DNA of 64,000 nt from Candidatus Anaeroferrophillus wilburensis. GTDB taxonomy: Bacteria; Desulfobacterota; Anaeroferrophillalia; Anaeroferrophillales; Anaeroferrophillaceae. The position numbers were made by a program, and so were the translations under genes. The notes under the pieces are model-generated. The model did not search any database. It saw nothing but the letters and a program-made list of their open reading frames with translations, and was not told the origin of the DNA. This document shows positions 30,268 through 39,129 of the stretch, piece after piece. The DNA is taken from contig JAFGSY010000011.1 in the NCBI GenBank assembly GCA_016934315.1, positions 493 through 64,492 of the forward strand, in the 5' to 3' direction. Each line of letters begins with the position of its first letter. The stretch's first letter is position 1.

Positions 30268-30578
30268 ATTTTTCCTATTGCTAATTCCGGGGTCCTGCGT
30301 TATCAACAAAGATCAGCGAATAAAGAGGGCTGCTGCTCGATCATTAAATGGCCCAAAGACAAGAACCTGGTTGACTGATTCTCACTTCCTGGAGCTGCCA
30401 AGGTTCATGTTCTGAGCGGCTTTGGGTGTCTGGAGGACATCTCGGAGTCGGCTGCAAGTGGCCGGTAAGAACGAGCGGGAATCTGAACTCTGGTGCTTGC
30501 CGGCCCTGGCATTCCTCAACGGAGAAAAAAGTTGCTTGATACGATAAAGACGTTCATGAAAGATCGAAATGATGGAGA

Positions 30579-31853
30579 GTGGTTGTGGGACTAAATGCCA
30601 TAAAAGGTTTCAATGATATTTTGCCGACTGAGACCCAAGCCTGGCAGTGGATTGAGCAGGCTTTTCGCCAGCTGCTGGCATCATATGATTACGGCGAGAT
30701 TCGTCTGCCGATCCTGGAGTATACGGAACTGTTTTCCCGTAGTATCGGTGATGATACCGATATCGTTGAAAAAGAGATGTATACCTTTGCTGATCGTTCG
30801 AACCGGAGTTTGACTCTGCGGCCTGAAGGCACGGCTTCGGTGGTGCGGGCTTTTATTCAGCACGGGTTGGCAGCGACCAGGGAAATCAATAAGCTGTATT
30901 ACCTCGGCCCTATGTTTCGCTATGAAAGGCCCCAGAAAGGCAGGTATCGGCAATTCTATCAGTTGGGGGCGGAAGTGTTTGGCGAGGAGTCTTTTTGCCA
31001 GGATGCTGAGATGCTGATCATGTTGGCACGATATTTTCATGTTCTTGGTATTAGCTCGGCAAAATTGCACCTGAACTCTCTTGGTTGCGAACTGTGCCGT
31101 CCGGCCTATCGGCAAGCATTGCAGGGTTATCTCGAGCAGCGAATGACCGCTCTCTGTGCTGACTGTCACCGGCGGGTGCCCCAGAATCCCCTACGGGCTC
31201 TGGATTGCAAGCAGTCATCATGCCGGGCGGTGATGGCTGAAGCACCGAAAATTTCCGATTATCTTGGTGATGCCTGCCGGGAACATTTTGCTGGTCTTAC
31301 AGGCCTGTTGGATCAATCAGGGCTTGAGTATACGATTGATCCTTTCATGGTCAGGGGGTTGGACTATTACACTCGGACAACGTTTGAATTTCTTGCCGGT
31401 GACCTGGGAGCTCAGAATGCTGTTGCTGCCGGCGGCCGGTATGATCGTTTGGTGGAGGCGTTGGGGGGGTGTGCAACCCCTGCCATTGGTTTTGCCATAG
31501 GTCTGGAACGACTCAATATGCTGGTTGATAACGCTGACGTTCCCGAATCGGATCCATTTATAGCCTTGGTGGCTCTGGGAGAAACAGCGGCAACGTTCCT
31601 GTTTCCTTTGCTGCATCAGCTGAATCAGGAGGGGATCAGGGCGGTGATGAGTTTTAAGGAGAAAAGCCTCAAGAGTTTGTTGAAAAAAGCCGATAGGGAT
31701 AAGGTGAGCTACGCCCTCCTTGCCGGTGACCAGGAGCTCAAAGAGGGTGCCGCAATCTTGCGTAACATGATGACTAAAGAGCAGCAGTCGATACCCCTGT
31801 CGCTGCTGGTTGAATCTATCAGGGAGGTTTTCCATGGGCATCAAAATAACTGA
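30579..31853 (+). CDS. hisS: Histidine-tRNA ligase
   Basis: KEMYTF, LRPEGTASV, FRYERPQKGRYRQF, RGLDYY, GGRYD, GLERL. Confidence 0.98.
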   Translation: MVVGLNAIKGFNDILPTETQAWQWIEQAFRQLLASYDYGEIRLPILEYTELFSRSIGDDTDIVEKEMYTFADRSNRSLTLRPEGTASVVRAFIQHGLAATREINKLYYLGPMFRYERPQKGRYRQFYQLGAEVFGEESFCQDAEMLIMLARYFHVLGISSAKLHLNSLGCELCRPAYRQALQGYLEQRMTALCADCHRRVPQNPLRALDCKQSSCRAVMAEAPKISDYLGDACREHFAGLTGLLDQSGLEYTIDPFMVRGLDYYTRTTFEFLAGDLGAQNAVAAGGRYDRLVEALGGCATPAIGFAIGLERLNMLVDNADVPESDPFIALVALGETAATFLFPLLHQLNQEGIRAVMSFKEKSLKSLLKKADRDKVSYALLAGDQELKEGAAILRNMMTKEQQSIPLSLLVESIREVFHGHQNN

Positions 31854-32316
31854 TCCGTCAGCAGTCCCTGCTACCGGTGGTTCCGGAAAAAATCGTCCGG
31901 TATCGGAACAAAATGCTGCGGGTAATTTTCAGGATCTGCTTCGCAGCCGGATTGATGCTTCGCACCAGCAGAGCCAGGGGGTCCAGAAGGTTGCTGTTCC
32001 CCAAGCACCGTTTCCCGTCTATGAAATTGATGAATTGCCGGAGCTGCCCCAGGGGTTTGATTTGCGGGAAAAGGGTATTGCCGATACGGAGCGATTAATT
32101 GGGATTATGGATGCCTATCATGACAAGTTGGATAAGGGAACTGCCAACCTTTTTGACAAGCGAAGGCTGATAGAAGATATGGAGGCGGTGTCCCGCAACA
32201 TGCTTGGCTATATGGCTCACTTGACATCTGCGGACAAGTTGTATACGCTAATGAGAGATTCGGTCGTTATGGCTCGCGTTGAGATTGAAAAATATGTCCG
32301 TGGTGACTATGGGTAA
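31834..32316 (+). CDS. Hypothetical protein
   Basis: ATG after GGAGG, overlapping the hisS end; helical C-terminus EIEKYVRGDYG. Confidence 0.7.
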   Translation: MGIKITDPSAVPATGGSGKNRPVSEQNAAGNFQDLLRSRIDASHQQSQGVQKVAVPQAPFPVYEIDELPELPQGFDLREKGIADTERLIGIMDAYHDKLDKGTANLFDKRRLIEDMEAVSRNMLGYMAHLTSADKLYTLMRDSVVMARVEIEKYVRGDYG

Positions 32317-33828
32317 ATGAGCCTTTTTTTTCCCAACCAGTATAATGATACTCCCTACCGGCAACTGTATGAGCGCCTGACGACGGTTGAACGTCTGAGG
32401 CTCCTGCGCGAGTTTGTCGGTGTCACCTATGAACGCCGATTCCGTTTTCTGCAATCAACCAACTCCAGCCAGCGTTTTAAAGAGAACCTTGTCCTTGCCG
32501 GCAAGAGTCTGCATGAAAAACAGACTATCAGCCGTTTGACCTGGCGTCATCGCGACCTGCTGCCGGGTTATCTGCCGCTCATCTTTCGTCACTACCTGTT
32601 CGGTTTTCTGGTGCAGTTGACCAGGGCCAGTCATCGTGCTCGTCTGCCGCAACCATCGCCATCCTGTTATTGGGAAACGCCGGTAAACCTGATCGTTCTC
32701 CGTTGGATTAACCGCCATTGGTCGCTCTGTCAGCAGGCCATAGCCCCCCATGTTGAACGGGTTATCGAAGAGAAGGTCAGGCATTTGTATATCTATTGCC
32801 TGCTTGCCTTTGAGGCCGCCCGCAGTATTTTTGATGAGGAGGAGCTGGCTGCCGAAATTGAGCTGTATCGGGCTTCTCAGATGCCAGGTGGAACCCCCAT
32901 CGGCCTTGAGATGGAATTCAGCAATCTCGGTCGTTATGCCACCTTTGACAAGCTTGGTCGTCATGGTGTCGATGCTGATCCATTCCACAATATGGAATAT
33001 TACAGCGCTTTCATGCTTGAGGATGTGACCTGGAGACTGGGAGGCTATGTCGATACCCATGTTCGCGGCCGTCGCCTATTTACCCTTTCCCGCTTTGGCG
33101 GGTTTTATGAATATTCGCTGGTGCGGGTGGATTATCCCCGACATTACAGTCTGCCTTTGACCACCGATCCGTGGGTGGCGAGCGCCATGATTGGTGAGAC
33201 CATCGATTTTGTCCGTGAGATCAAGCCCCACAGCCTGCATGTGAATCTTGAAAATCGGGGGTTGGGGGTTGTCCGCCCCCAGCTTGATGATTATTTGTGT
33301 CTGCTGATGCTGGGTGGGGACCTGGGGAAGGATGAAAACGGCAGAATGCTCGAAAAGCGTTTTGGTGGCAACGAATTGCGGGGGGTTATTCAGCGGCGGA
33401 AACACCTGTCTCTTTTGGCCGAGAAGAAAAAGGCGGTGGTGGAATATTCTTTTCTCCGCCTCTGGCGTGCCGGTGATCGGGAGTATGGTTATTTGCCGGT
33501 GATTATGGCTCTGAAAGGTTTTCAGCATGGCTATAATCTCGATTTGAGTTGCCGTGATCAGGTGCAGGGGATGCTGCACTGGGCGCAAAATCCCCGGCCA
33601 CTGGCGGAGAGTTCCCTGCATCGATTTGTGGAGACGGTCAAAAGCGGCCTGAGGAGTGAAGAGGCCTATGGCGAGAGGGAGATCGGTACATGGGGAGACC
33701 AGATTATGACCATCCTCAAGGACTGGAATCGGATACTCTCCTGTGTCATTATCCTAGAAATTTTCGATCCGTTTCCTGCTGTTATGCTGGCAGAGGTGGG
33801 GGTTTTTACAAAATTTTTCACAGGCTAA
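32317..33828 (+). CDS. Hypothetical protein, putative amidoligase/glutamate-cysteine-ligase-fold enzyme
   Basis: 503-aa ORF abutting the previous stop. IGLEMEF, FYEYS, HSLHVN and VEYSFLR resemble COOH-NH2 ligase motifs. The ORF is solid; the function is tentative. Confidence 0.55.
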   Translation: MSLFFPNQYNDTPYRQLYERLTTVERLRLLREFVGVTYERRFRFLQSTNSSQRFKENLVLAGKSLHEKQTISRLTWRHRDLLPGYLPLIFRHYLFGFLVQLTRASHRARLPQPSPSCYWETPVNLIVLRWINRHWSLCQQAIAPHVERVIEEKVRHLYIYCLLAFEAARSIFDEEELAAEIELYRASQMPGGTPIGLEMEFSNLGRYATFDKLGRHGVDADPFHNMEYYSAFMLEDVTWRLGGYVDTHVRGRRLFTLSRFGGFYEYSLVRVDYPRHYSLPLTTDPWVASAMIGETIDFVREIKPHSLHVNLENRGLGVVRPQLDDYLCLLMLGGDLGKDENGRMLEKRFGGNELRGVIQRRKHLSLLAEKKKAVVEYSFLRLWRAGDREYGYLPVIMALKGFQHGYNLDLSCRDQVQGMLHWAQNPRPLAESSLHRFVETVKSGLRSEEAYGEREIGTWGDQIMTILKDWNRILSCVIILEIFDPFPAVMLAEVGVFTKFFTG

Positions 33829-34458
33829 TGATTGGGACCAGCGCTCGTGCAGATGTTCATCGATGCATAGCGCCGGTTCAATATGGACGTGCTGCGGTTC
33901 GGGTACTTTTTTCATCCGTCTGAACAGATTCCGTATGCGTTGCGCCTCCTTGATCTGGGGCTGTTCAGAGAGCAATTTCCAGCTGCCGCAGGAGATAAGG
34001 AACTCTTTCTGGTGCTCCGGGGTCAGATGTTCTATGGGGTAGGTATAGACCCAAGCTTCCTCCTCCTGGAATTCCCGCGGATTGGTATTCGTTTCAACTA
34101 CGATGGACAGCTTTTTCCTGATATAGATGCTTTTCTGGAAGTTGTCTGGGTAGTAGCTCTCCAACTGGTCCAAAGCCTTCATGGTTTTTTCCGGCCTTTT
34201 AAAAGTCATCAGTTCACCAAAAACGATATCTTGGCAGCCATCAAGGATAATGAGGCCGGGGAAGCCGATTGGCAGGTGGTAGAGCAGCCCTTGGCAGTAG
34301 GCCGGCTGGATGCTGGTTACCTGCCTGCGGATAAAGCGGTTGAAATTCTTGTAGCGTTCCATCAGACTGCCATAGACAAAAAAATAGGGCGTCGTGAGGA
34401 CGTCTGCTTTTCTTAATTCAGCCAAGGCTTTGAGTCGCAAGGCGAGTTTATCGCTCAT
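33754..34458 (-). CDS. Gamma-glutamylcyclotransferase (AIG2/GGACT-like) family protein with Cys-rich tail
   Basis: FFVYGSLM, GFPGLI, VFGEL, LDQLESY, YIRK, AWVY, GSW. Confidence 0.85.
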   Translation of the reverse strand: MSDKLALRLKALAELRKADVLTTPYFFVYGSLMERYKNFNRFIRRQVTSIQPAYCQGLLYHLPIGFPGLIILDGCQDIVFGELMTFKRPEKTMKALDQLESYYPDNFQKSIYIRKKLSIVVETNTNPREFQEEEAWVYTYPIEHLTPEHQKEFLISCGSWKLLSEQPQIKEAQRIRNLFRRMKKVPEPQHVHIEPALCIDEHLHERWSQSLACEKFCKNPHLCQHNSRKRIENF

Positions 34459-34854
34459 GGTGATCCGTGAGGTTTGCCCAAAAAAGAGGTTGGCGCACAA
34501 CCAAACGATATCCTCTTCAGAGTTTTTCCTGAATGCCGGTGGTGCTGAAATGTTTGGTGTCGCAGGGGAATGCTGGAGCCTTTCAGGAAAAGGCCGGGGG
34601 ATAATAGCACGGAGACTGACTGAAATCAAGCTGATATTTTTTCCTGATGGTGCCTTTTGTTGGCAGGTTGTGATTGTCTGGACCTGACGCCAACACCGTA
34701 ATGTTTTGGGGGAGTACGTTCTGTCGTGTGGGGTTGTCTGGCGCTGCGGTGTTTCGGCTTTCTGGCTGAAAACTGAGTTCGTTTGCTGCGGTCAACTGCA
34801 GCTCTCCAGAAAGTTGCATGGGTTGGCTTCCCCCCATTTTTTGATGAGGATATC

Positions 34855-35148
34855 ATGTCTGAAAATAGTAAAAAGCCAGAGGTGAAGAAGGAAAGGGCTG
34901 CCGCAGCGCTTACCTACGAACGGAGCAAACAGAAAGCGCCGACGGTGGTTGCCAAAGGTTCCGGCTTGATGGCGGAAAAGATTATCGAGGTGGCCAGGGA
35001 ACATGGCATTCCCCTGAGAGAAGATCCGGCATTGGTGCAGGTGCTGATGACCCTCGATATCAACCAGGAAATTCCCCCCGAAGTGTATCATGTTGTTGCC
35101 GACATCCTGGCGATGATTTACCGGGCCCACCAGAAGTACGATTCCTGA
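34855..35148 (+). CDS. Stand-alone FlhB C-terminal-like (EscU/YscU/HrcU family) protein
   Basis: AAALTY...APTVVAKGSGLMAEKII...EIPPEVYHVVADIL; RBS GAGGA. Confidence 0.88.
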   Translation: MSENSKKPEVKKERAAAALTYERSKQKAPTVVAKGSGLMAEKIIEVAREHGIPLREDPALVQVLMTLDINQEIPPEVYHVVADILAMIYRAHQKYDS

Positions 35149-35343
35149 AACACTCCCAGCCTCACATTCCGTTGCTGTTGACTGAAAGACTGTCTTGCAA
35201 AAATGCCTTTTTGCCCGTTTGCCGTCTTATGATAAACGGGTACTCCCTCCAACTATGACGGGATTGATGAGGTTGCAATGCTCACCTACCTCTGCCTTGA
35301 ATAATCTATTTTTCTCAAGACTGCCTAAAAAATCCTTTTGATC

Positions 35344-35371
35344 TTGACAATCAAAAAAGCAGTATTATCTT
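35344..35371 (+). promoter_or_regulatory. Probable promoter of hsp20-hsp20-clpB
   Basis: TTGACA-16 nt-TATCTT in an AT-rich stretch. Confidence 0.45.
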
Positions 35372-35414
35372 TATATTGTAGATGGAACGACCACATGAAT
35401 AATGAGGAGGAAGG

Positions 35415-35816
35415 ATGAAAGAAAACATCTTTTCCCAGCCAAGCTGGCAGCCATGGGGAGAGGACTACACCGGCAGTTATGAGTTTACCCCCCATGTCGA
35501 TGTGATTGAAGGGCCATTGGCTTACAGACTGCTGCTGATGATTGCCGGGGTTGAGCCTGACCAGCTGACAGTTGAAGTCGATGATAATGTTCTTGTTCTT
35601 GCCGGGGAGCGTCGCCGGCCGGCGCTGGAACATGGAGAACTATTTGCCAGAGCTGAAAACCATTACGGTGTTTTTGAGCGGCGTTTTATCCTTCCGGATT
35701 CAGCTGATAAAAACGGGGTGCGGGCTCGCTATGAACATGGTGTGCTGGAGGTAGCCATTGCCAAAAAAGCTGCAGGGCCAGCACGATATATCCCGGTTGC
35801 CGGGGGAGATGGATAA
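35415..35816 (+). CDS. Hsp20/alpha-crystallin family protein
   Basis: PHVDVIE, LAGER, YGVFERRFILP, YEHGVLEV. Confidence 0.88.
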   Translation: MKENIFSQPSWQPWGEDYTGSYEFTPHVDVIEGPLAYRLLLMIAGVEPDQLTVEVDDNVLVLAGERRRPALEHGELFARAENHYGVFERRFILPDSADKNGVRARYEHGVLEVAIAKKAAGPARYIPVAGGDG

Positions 35817-35877
35817 ACGTAGCATGTGATGACGAAAACATTTTTTAACAACGTAGTGAATGAGGAGGTAATGAATC

Positions 35878-36321
35878 ATGGCATTGGTAAAATGGACCCC
35901 ATTTCGTGATTTGATGACGATTCAGGATCAGATTAATCGTTTGTTTGAAGACAGTCTGCAGCGGACCGATGAAAAGAGGCTGATGGCTCCGTCCTGGCAG
36001 CCGCTGGTGGACATTTATGAGGATGGCCAGGCAATCATTATCAAGGCTGAACTGCCGGAGGTTGATGAAAAGGATATCCAGCTCAATATCGAGAATAATA
36101 CCCTGACCATTAAAGGTGAACGGAAGTTGGAGCAGGAGGAGAAAAAGGATAATTATCACCGGGTTGAGCGATTCTATGGTTCTTTTACCCGTTCCTTTGA
36201 CTTGCCGACAACGGTCGATCAGGATGGCATCAAGGCGAGCTATGATAAAGGGGTTTTGAAAATAACTCTGCCGAAAAAGGAGGAAGTGAAGCCCAAAAAA
36301 GTGCAGATTCAAGTGCAGTAA
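35878..36321 (+). CDS. Hsp20/alpha-crystallin family protein
   Basis: WQPLVDIYE, IKGERK, ERFYGSFTRSF, GVLKITLPK. Confidence 0.95.
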   Translation: MALVKWTPFRDLMTIQDQINRLFEDSLQRTDEKRLMAPSWQPLVDIYEDGQAIIIKAELPEVDEKDIQLNIENNTLTIKGERKLEQEEKKDNYHRVERFYGSFTRSFDLPTTVDQDGIKASYDKGVLKITLPKKEEVKPKKVQIQVQ

Positions 36322-36426
36322 CCAATCCGGTGACAGGTTGCGTTTAAGCAAAGGGGGCACTATCTGCCCCCTTCTCTATGGCAGATGATAAAAAAGATGT
36401 GATCCGCAGATAAGGAGTTTTGCCGG

Positions 36427-39024
36427 ATGGATTTGAATAAATTGACCCAAAAAGCCCAGGAAGCAGTGCAGGATGCCCAGAATATCGCACTCCGGCGCAA
36501 CCATCAGCAGGTTGATGGTGAGCATCTGCTGCTGGCCCTGCTGCAGCAGGAACAGGGCCTTATTCCGAGAATCATTGAAAAAATTGGTTTGGTGCCGGAT
36601 ACCATCGGCCGGGAGATTGAAAAACGGCTGGCCGCTTTTCCCTCGGTCACCGGTACCGGCGCGTCCGCTGGCAGTATCTACATTACTACCCGGTTGAATA
36701 AACTGTTTCTGGGAGCTCAGGATGAAGCCAGTCGCCTGAAGGATGAGTATATCAGCGTTGAACATCTGCTTCTCAGCCTGCTCAATGACACCGCAGATCC
36801 CCTGGCGGCAATGTTTGTCGGCTATGGTGTCACCCGCGATAAAGTGCTCCAGGTGCTCAGCGAGGTGCGGGGGGCGCAGCGGGTGACCTCCCAGAATCCT
36901 GAAGAAACCTATCAGGCTCTGGAGAAATACGGTGTTGACCTTACCCGGTCAGCCAGCCAGGGAAAACTGGACCCGGTTATTGGCCGGGATGACGAAATTC
37001 GTCGGGTGATTCAGGTCCTCTCCCGGCGGACGAAGAATAATCCAGTGCTGATCGGTGAGCCGGGAGTGGGAAAAACAGCCATTGTTGAAGGCTTGGCCCA
37101 GAGGATCATCCGTCAGGATGTGCCGGAAAATCTGAAGCAGAAAAAGCTCGTTTCACTCGACATGGGAGCCCTGATTGCCGGTGCTAAATTCCGCGGTGAA
37201 TTTGAGGAACGGCTGAAAGCGGTACTCAAAGAAGTGCAGGAATCCCATGGTCAGGTTATTCTTTTCATCGATGAGATGCATACGGTGGTCGGCGCCGGCA
37301 GGGCCGAAGGGTCGATGGATGCCGGCAATTTGCTGAAGCCCATGCTGGCCCGGGGCGAGCTTCATTGTATCGGTGCCACAACCCTGAATGAGTATCGCCG
37401 GCACGTGGAGAAGGATGCCGCTCTGGAGCGGCGCTTCCAGCCGGTATTGGTAAAGCAGCCGACGGTTCCCGACACCATCTCTATCCTGAGGGGGTTGAAG
37501 GAACGCTATGAGGTCCACCACGGAGTAAGAATTAAGGATGCCGCTCTGGTGTCGGCGGCGGTTCTTTCCCACCGCTATATCAACGACCGGTTTCTGCCCG
37601 ACAAGGCCATCGATCTCATTGATGAGGCGGCTGCCCGGCTGCGGACTGAAATTGACAGCATGCCTGCTGATCTGGACGAGGTGACCAGAAAAACTATGCA
37701 GCTGGAAATTGAGCGCGAAGCCTTAAAAAAAGAGAAGGATGACGCCTCCCGCAAGCGTCTGGGGATACTTGAAAAGGAACTGGCTGATCTGCAGGAGAGC
37801 AGCGCCGCTCTGCTGGCCCAGTGGCAGGTTGAAAAAGAGCAGATCAGCCGTCTCCAGGAGCTGAATAAGCAGTTGGAAGAAACCAAACGGGAGATTGAAA
37901 AGGCGGAGCGCAACTACGATCTCAACCGGGCGGCGGAATTGAAGTATGGTGTCCTGACCAAGCTTGAGCAGGAAAAGGCTGCAGCGGCACAGTCGGTTGC
38001 CGGCCCGAAAGGCGGCAGCCGTTTGCTCAAGGAGGAGGTTGATGAAGAAGATGTGGCTGCCATTGTCAGCCGCTGGACCGGTATTCCGGTGAACAAACTG
38101 ATGGAGGGGGAGCGGGAAAAGCTTGTCCACCTGGAGGAGATGCTCCATCGCCGGGTTGTGGGCCAGGATGAAGCAGTGCAGACGGTTGCCGATGCGGTTC
38201 TCCGGGCTCGGGCCGGGATCAAGGATCCCAATCGACCAATCGGCAGCTTTATTTTCCTTGGTCCAACCGGGGTCGGCAAAACGGAGCTGGCCCGGTCACT
38301 GGCTGAATTTCTTTTTGATGATGAAGAGAATATGACCCGTATTGATATGTCGGAGTATATGGAAAAACACGCGGTTGCCCGCCTGATCGGGGCGCCGCCA
38401 GGATATGTCGGTTTTGAAGAGGGTGGCCAGCTTACCGAGGCCGTCCGTCGCCGGCCTTACTCGGTGCTGCTGTTTGACGAAATAGAAAAGGCCCATCCCG
38501 ATGTCTTCAATATTATGCTGCAGATTCTTGATGACGGCCGGCTGACCGATGCCCACGGTCGGACGGTGGATTTTAAAAATACCGTCATTATCATGACCTC
38601 TAACATCGGCAGCCAGCATATTCTGGAATACCAGGGAGATGAACAGCAGTATGGCAGGATGAAGGACCGGGTGCTGGCCGACATGCGCGCCCAGTTCAAG
38701 CCGGAGTTTCTCAATCGGGTGGATGATATTGTTGTTTTTCACTCACTGAATAAGGTTCAGCTGCAGTCTATTGTTGATATTCAGCTGCGGCGATTGTTTG
38801 AGCGCTTGGCTGAGCGGGAGATCGTCCTGGAGCTTACTCCCGAGGCCAGGGGATTCCTGGCTGAAAAAGGTTATGATCCCGCCTATGGCGCCCGGCCGCT
38901 GAAACGCTCTATCCAGCATTATTTGGAAACGCCGCTGGCCCGTGAAATCATGCAGGGGAAGGTGAAAAACGGCAGCCGGGTGAGGGTGCGGCCGGAAGGT
39001 GATCACCTGATTTTCATGAATTAA
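36427..39024 (+). CDS. clpB: ATP-dependent disaggregase ClpB
   Basis: Two AAA modules ([16 protein letters not shown]) and a long M-domain with AAELKYG. Confidence 0.98.
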   Translation: MDLNKLTQKAQEAVQDAQNIALRRNHQQVDGEHLLLALLQQEQGLIPRIIEKIGLVPDTIGREIEKRLAAFPSVTGTGASAGSIYITTRLNKLFLGAQDEASRLKDEYISVEHLLLSLLNDTADPLAAMFVGYGVTRDKVLQVLSEVRGAQRVTSQNPEETYQALEKYGVDLTRSASQGKLDPVIGRDDEIRRVIQVLSRRTKNNPVLIGEPGVGKTAIVEGLAQRIIRQDVPENLKQKKLVSLDMGALIAGAKFRGEFEERLKAVLKEVQESHGQVILFIDEMHTVVGAGRAEGSMDAGNLLKPMLARGELHCIGATTLNEYRRHVEKDAALERRFQPVLVKQPTVPDTISILRGLKERYEVHHGVRIKDAALVSAAVLSHRYINDRFLPDKAIDLIDEAAARLRTEIDSMPADLDEVTRKTMQLEIEREALKKEKDDASRKRLGILEKELADLQESSAALLAQWQVEKEQISRLQELNKQLEETKREIEKAERNYDLNRAAELKYGVLTKLEQEKAAAAQSVAGPKGGSRLLKEEVDEEDVAAIVSRWTGIPVNKLMEGEREKLVHLEEMLHRRVVGQDEAVQTVADAVLRARAGIKDPNRPIGSFIFLGPTGVGKTELARSLAEFLFDDEENMTRIDMSEYMEKHAVARLIGAPPGYVGFEEGGQLTEAVRRRPYSVLLFDEIEKAHPDVFNIMLQILDDGRLTDAHGRTVDFKNTVIIMTSNIGSQHILEYQGDEQQYGRMKDRVLADMRAQFKPEFLNRVDDIVVFHSLNKVQLQSIVDIQLRRLFERLAEREIVLELTPEARGFLAEKGYDPAYGARPLKRSIQHYLETPLAREIMQGKVKNGSRVRVRPEGDHLIFMN

Positions 39025-39129
39025 GAGAGTGCCGGTGCAATCGTGGAGCATGGTCACCGGCGGCTTTGGCCGCCCAGAGCTTTATCCAAACAATGCCTGA
39101 TTCTGGGGCAGCTTAGCGGTTGAAGCATT

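Noticed and set aside
30268..30578. T-box riboswitch, His attenuator, tmRNA or SRP RNA upstream of hisS
   Set aside because: No T-box consensus, His-codon run, tRNA-like ends or SRP domain IV motif was found by eye.
34460..34850. Riboswitch or small gene in the 390-bp divergent intergenic region
   Set aside because: No convincing aptamer consensus, long stem or RBS-supported ORF could be identified by eye; not excluded.
34855..35148. Type III secretion or flagellar locus
   Set aside because: Only a stand-alone FlhB-C-like gene; no other export or flagellar genes in the window.
35296..35319. CTTGA...TCAAG inverted repeat upstream of hsp20-clpB as an HspR (HAIR) operator
   Set aside because: The spacer is 14 nt rather than 11 and the inner bases do not match; no CIRCE element was seen either.
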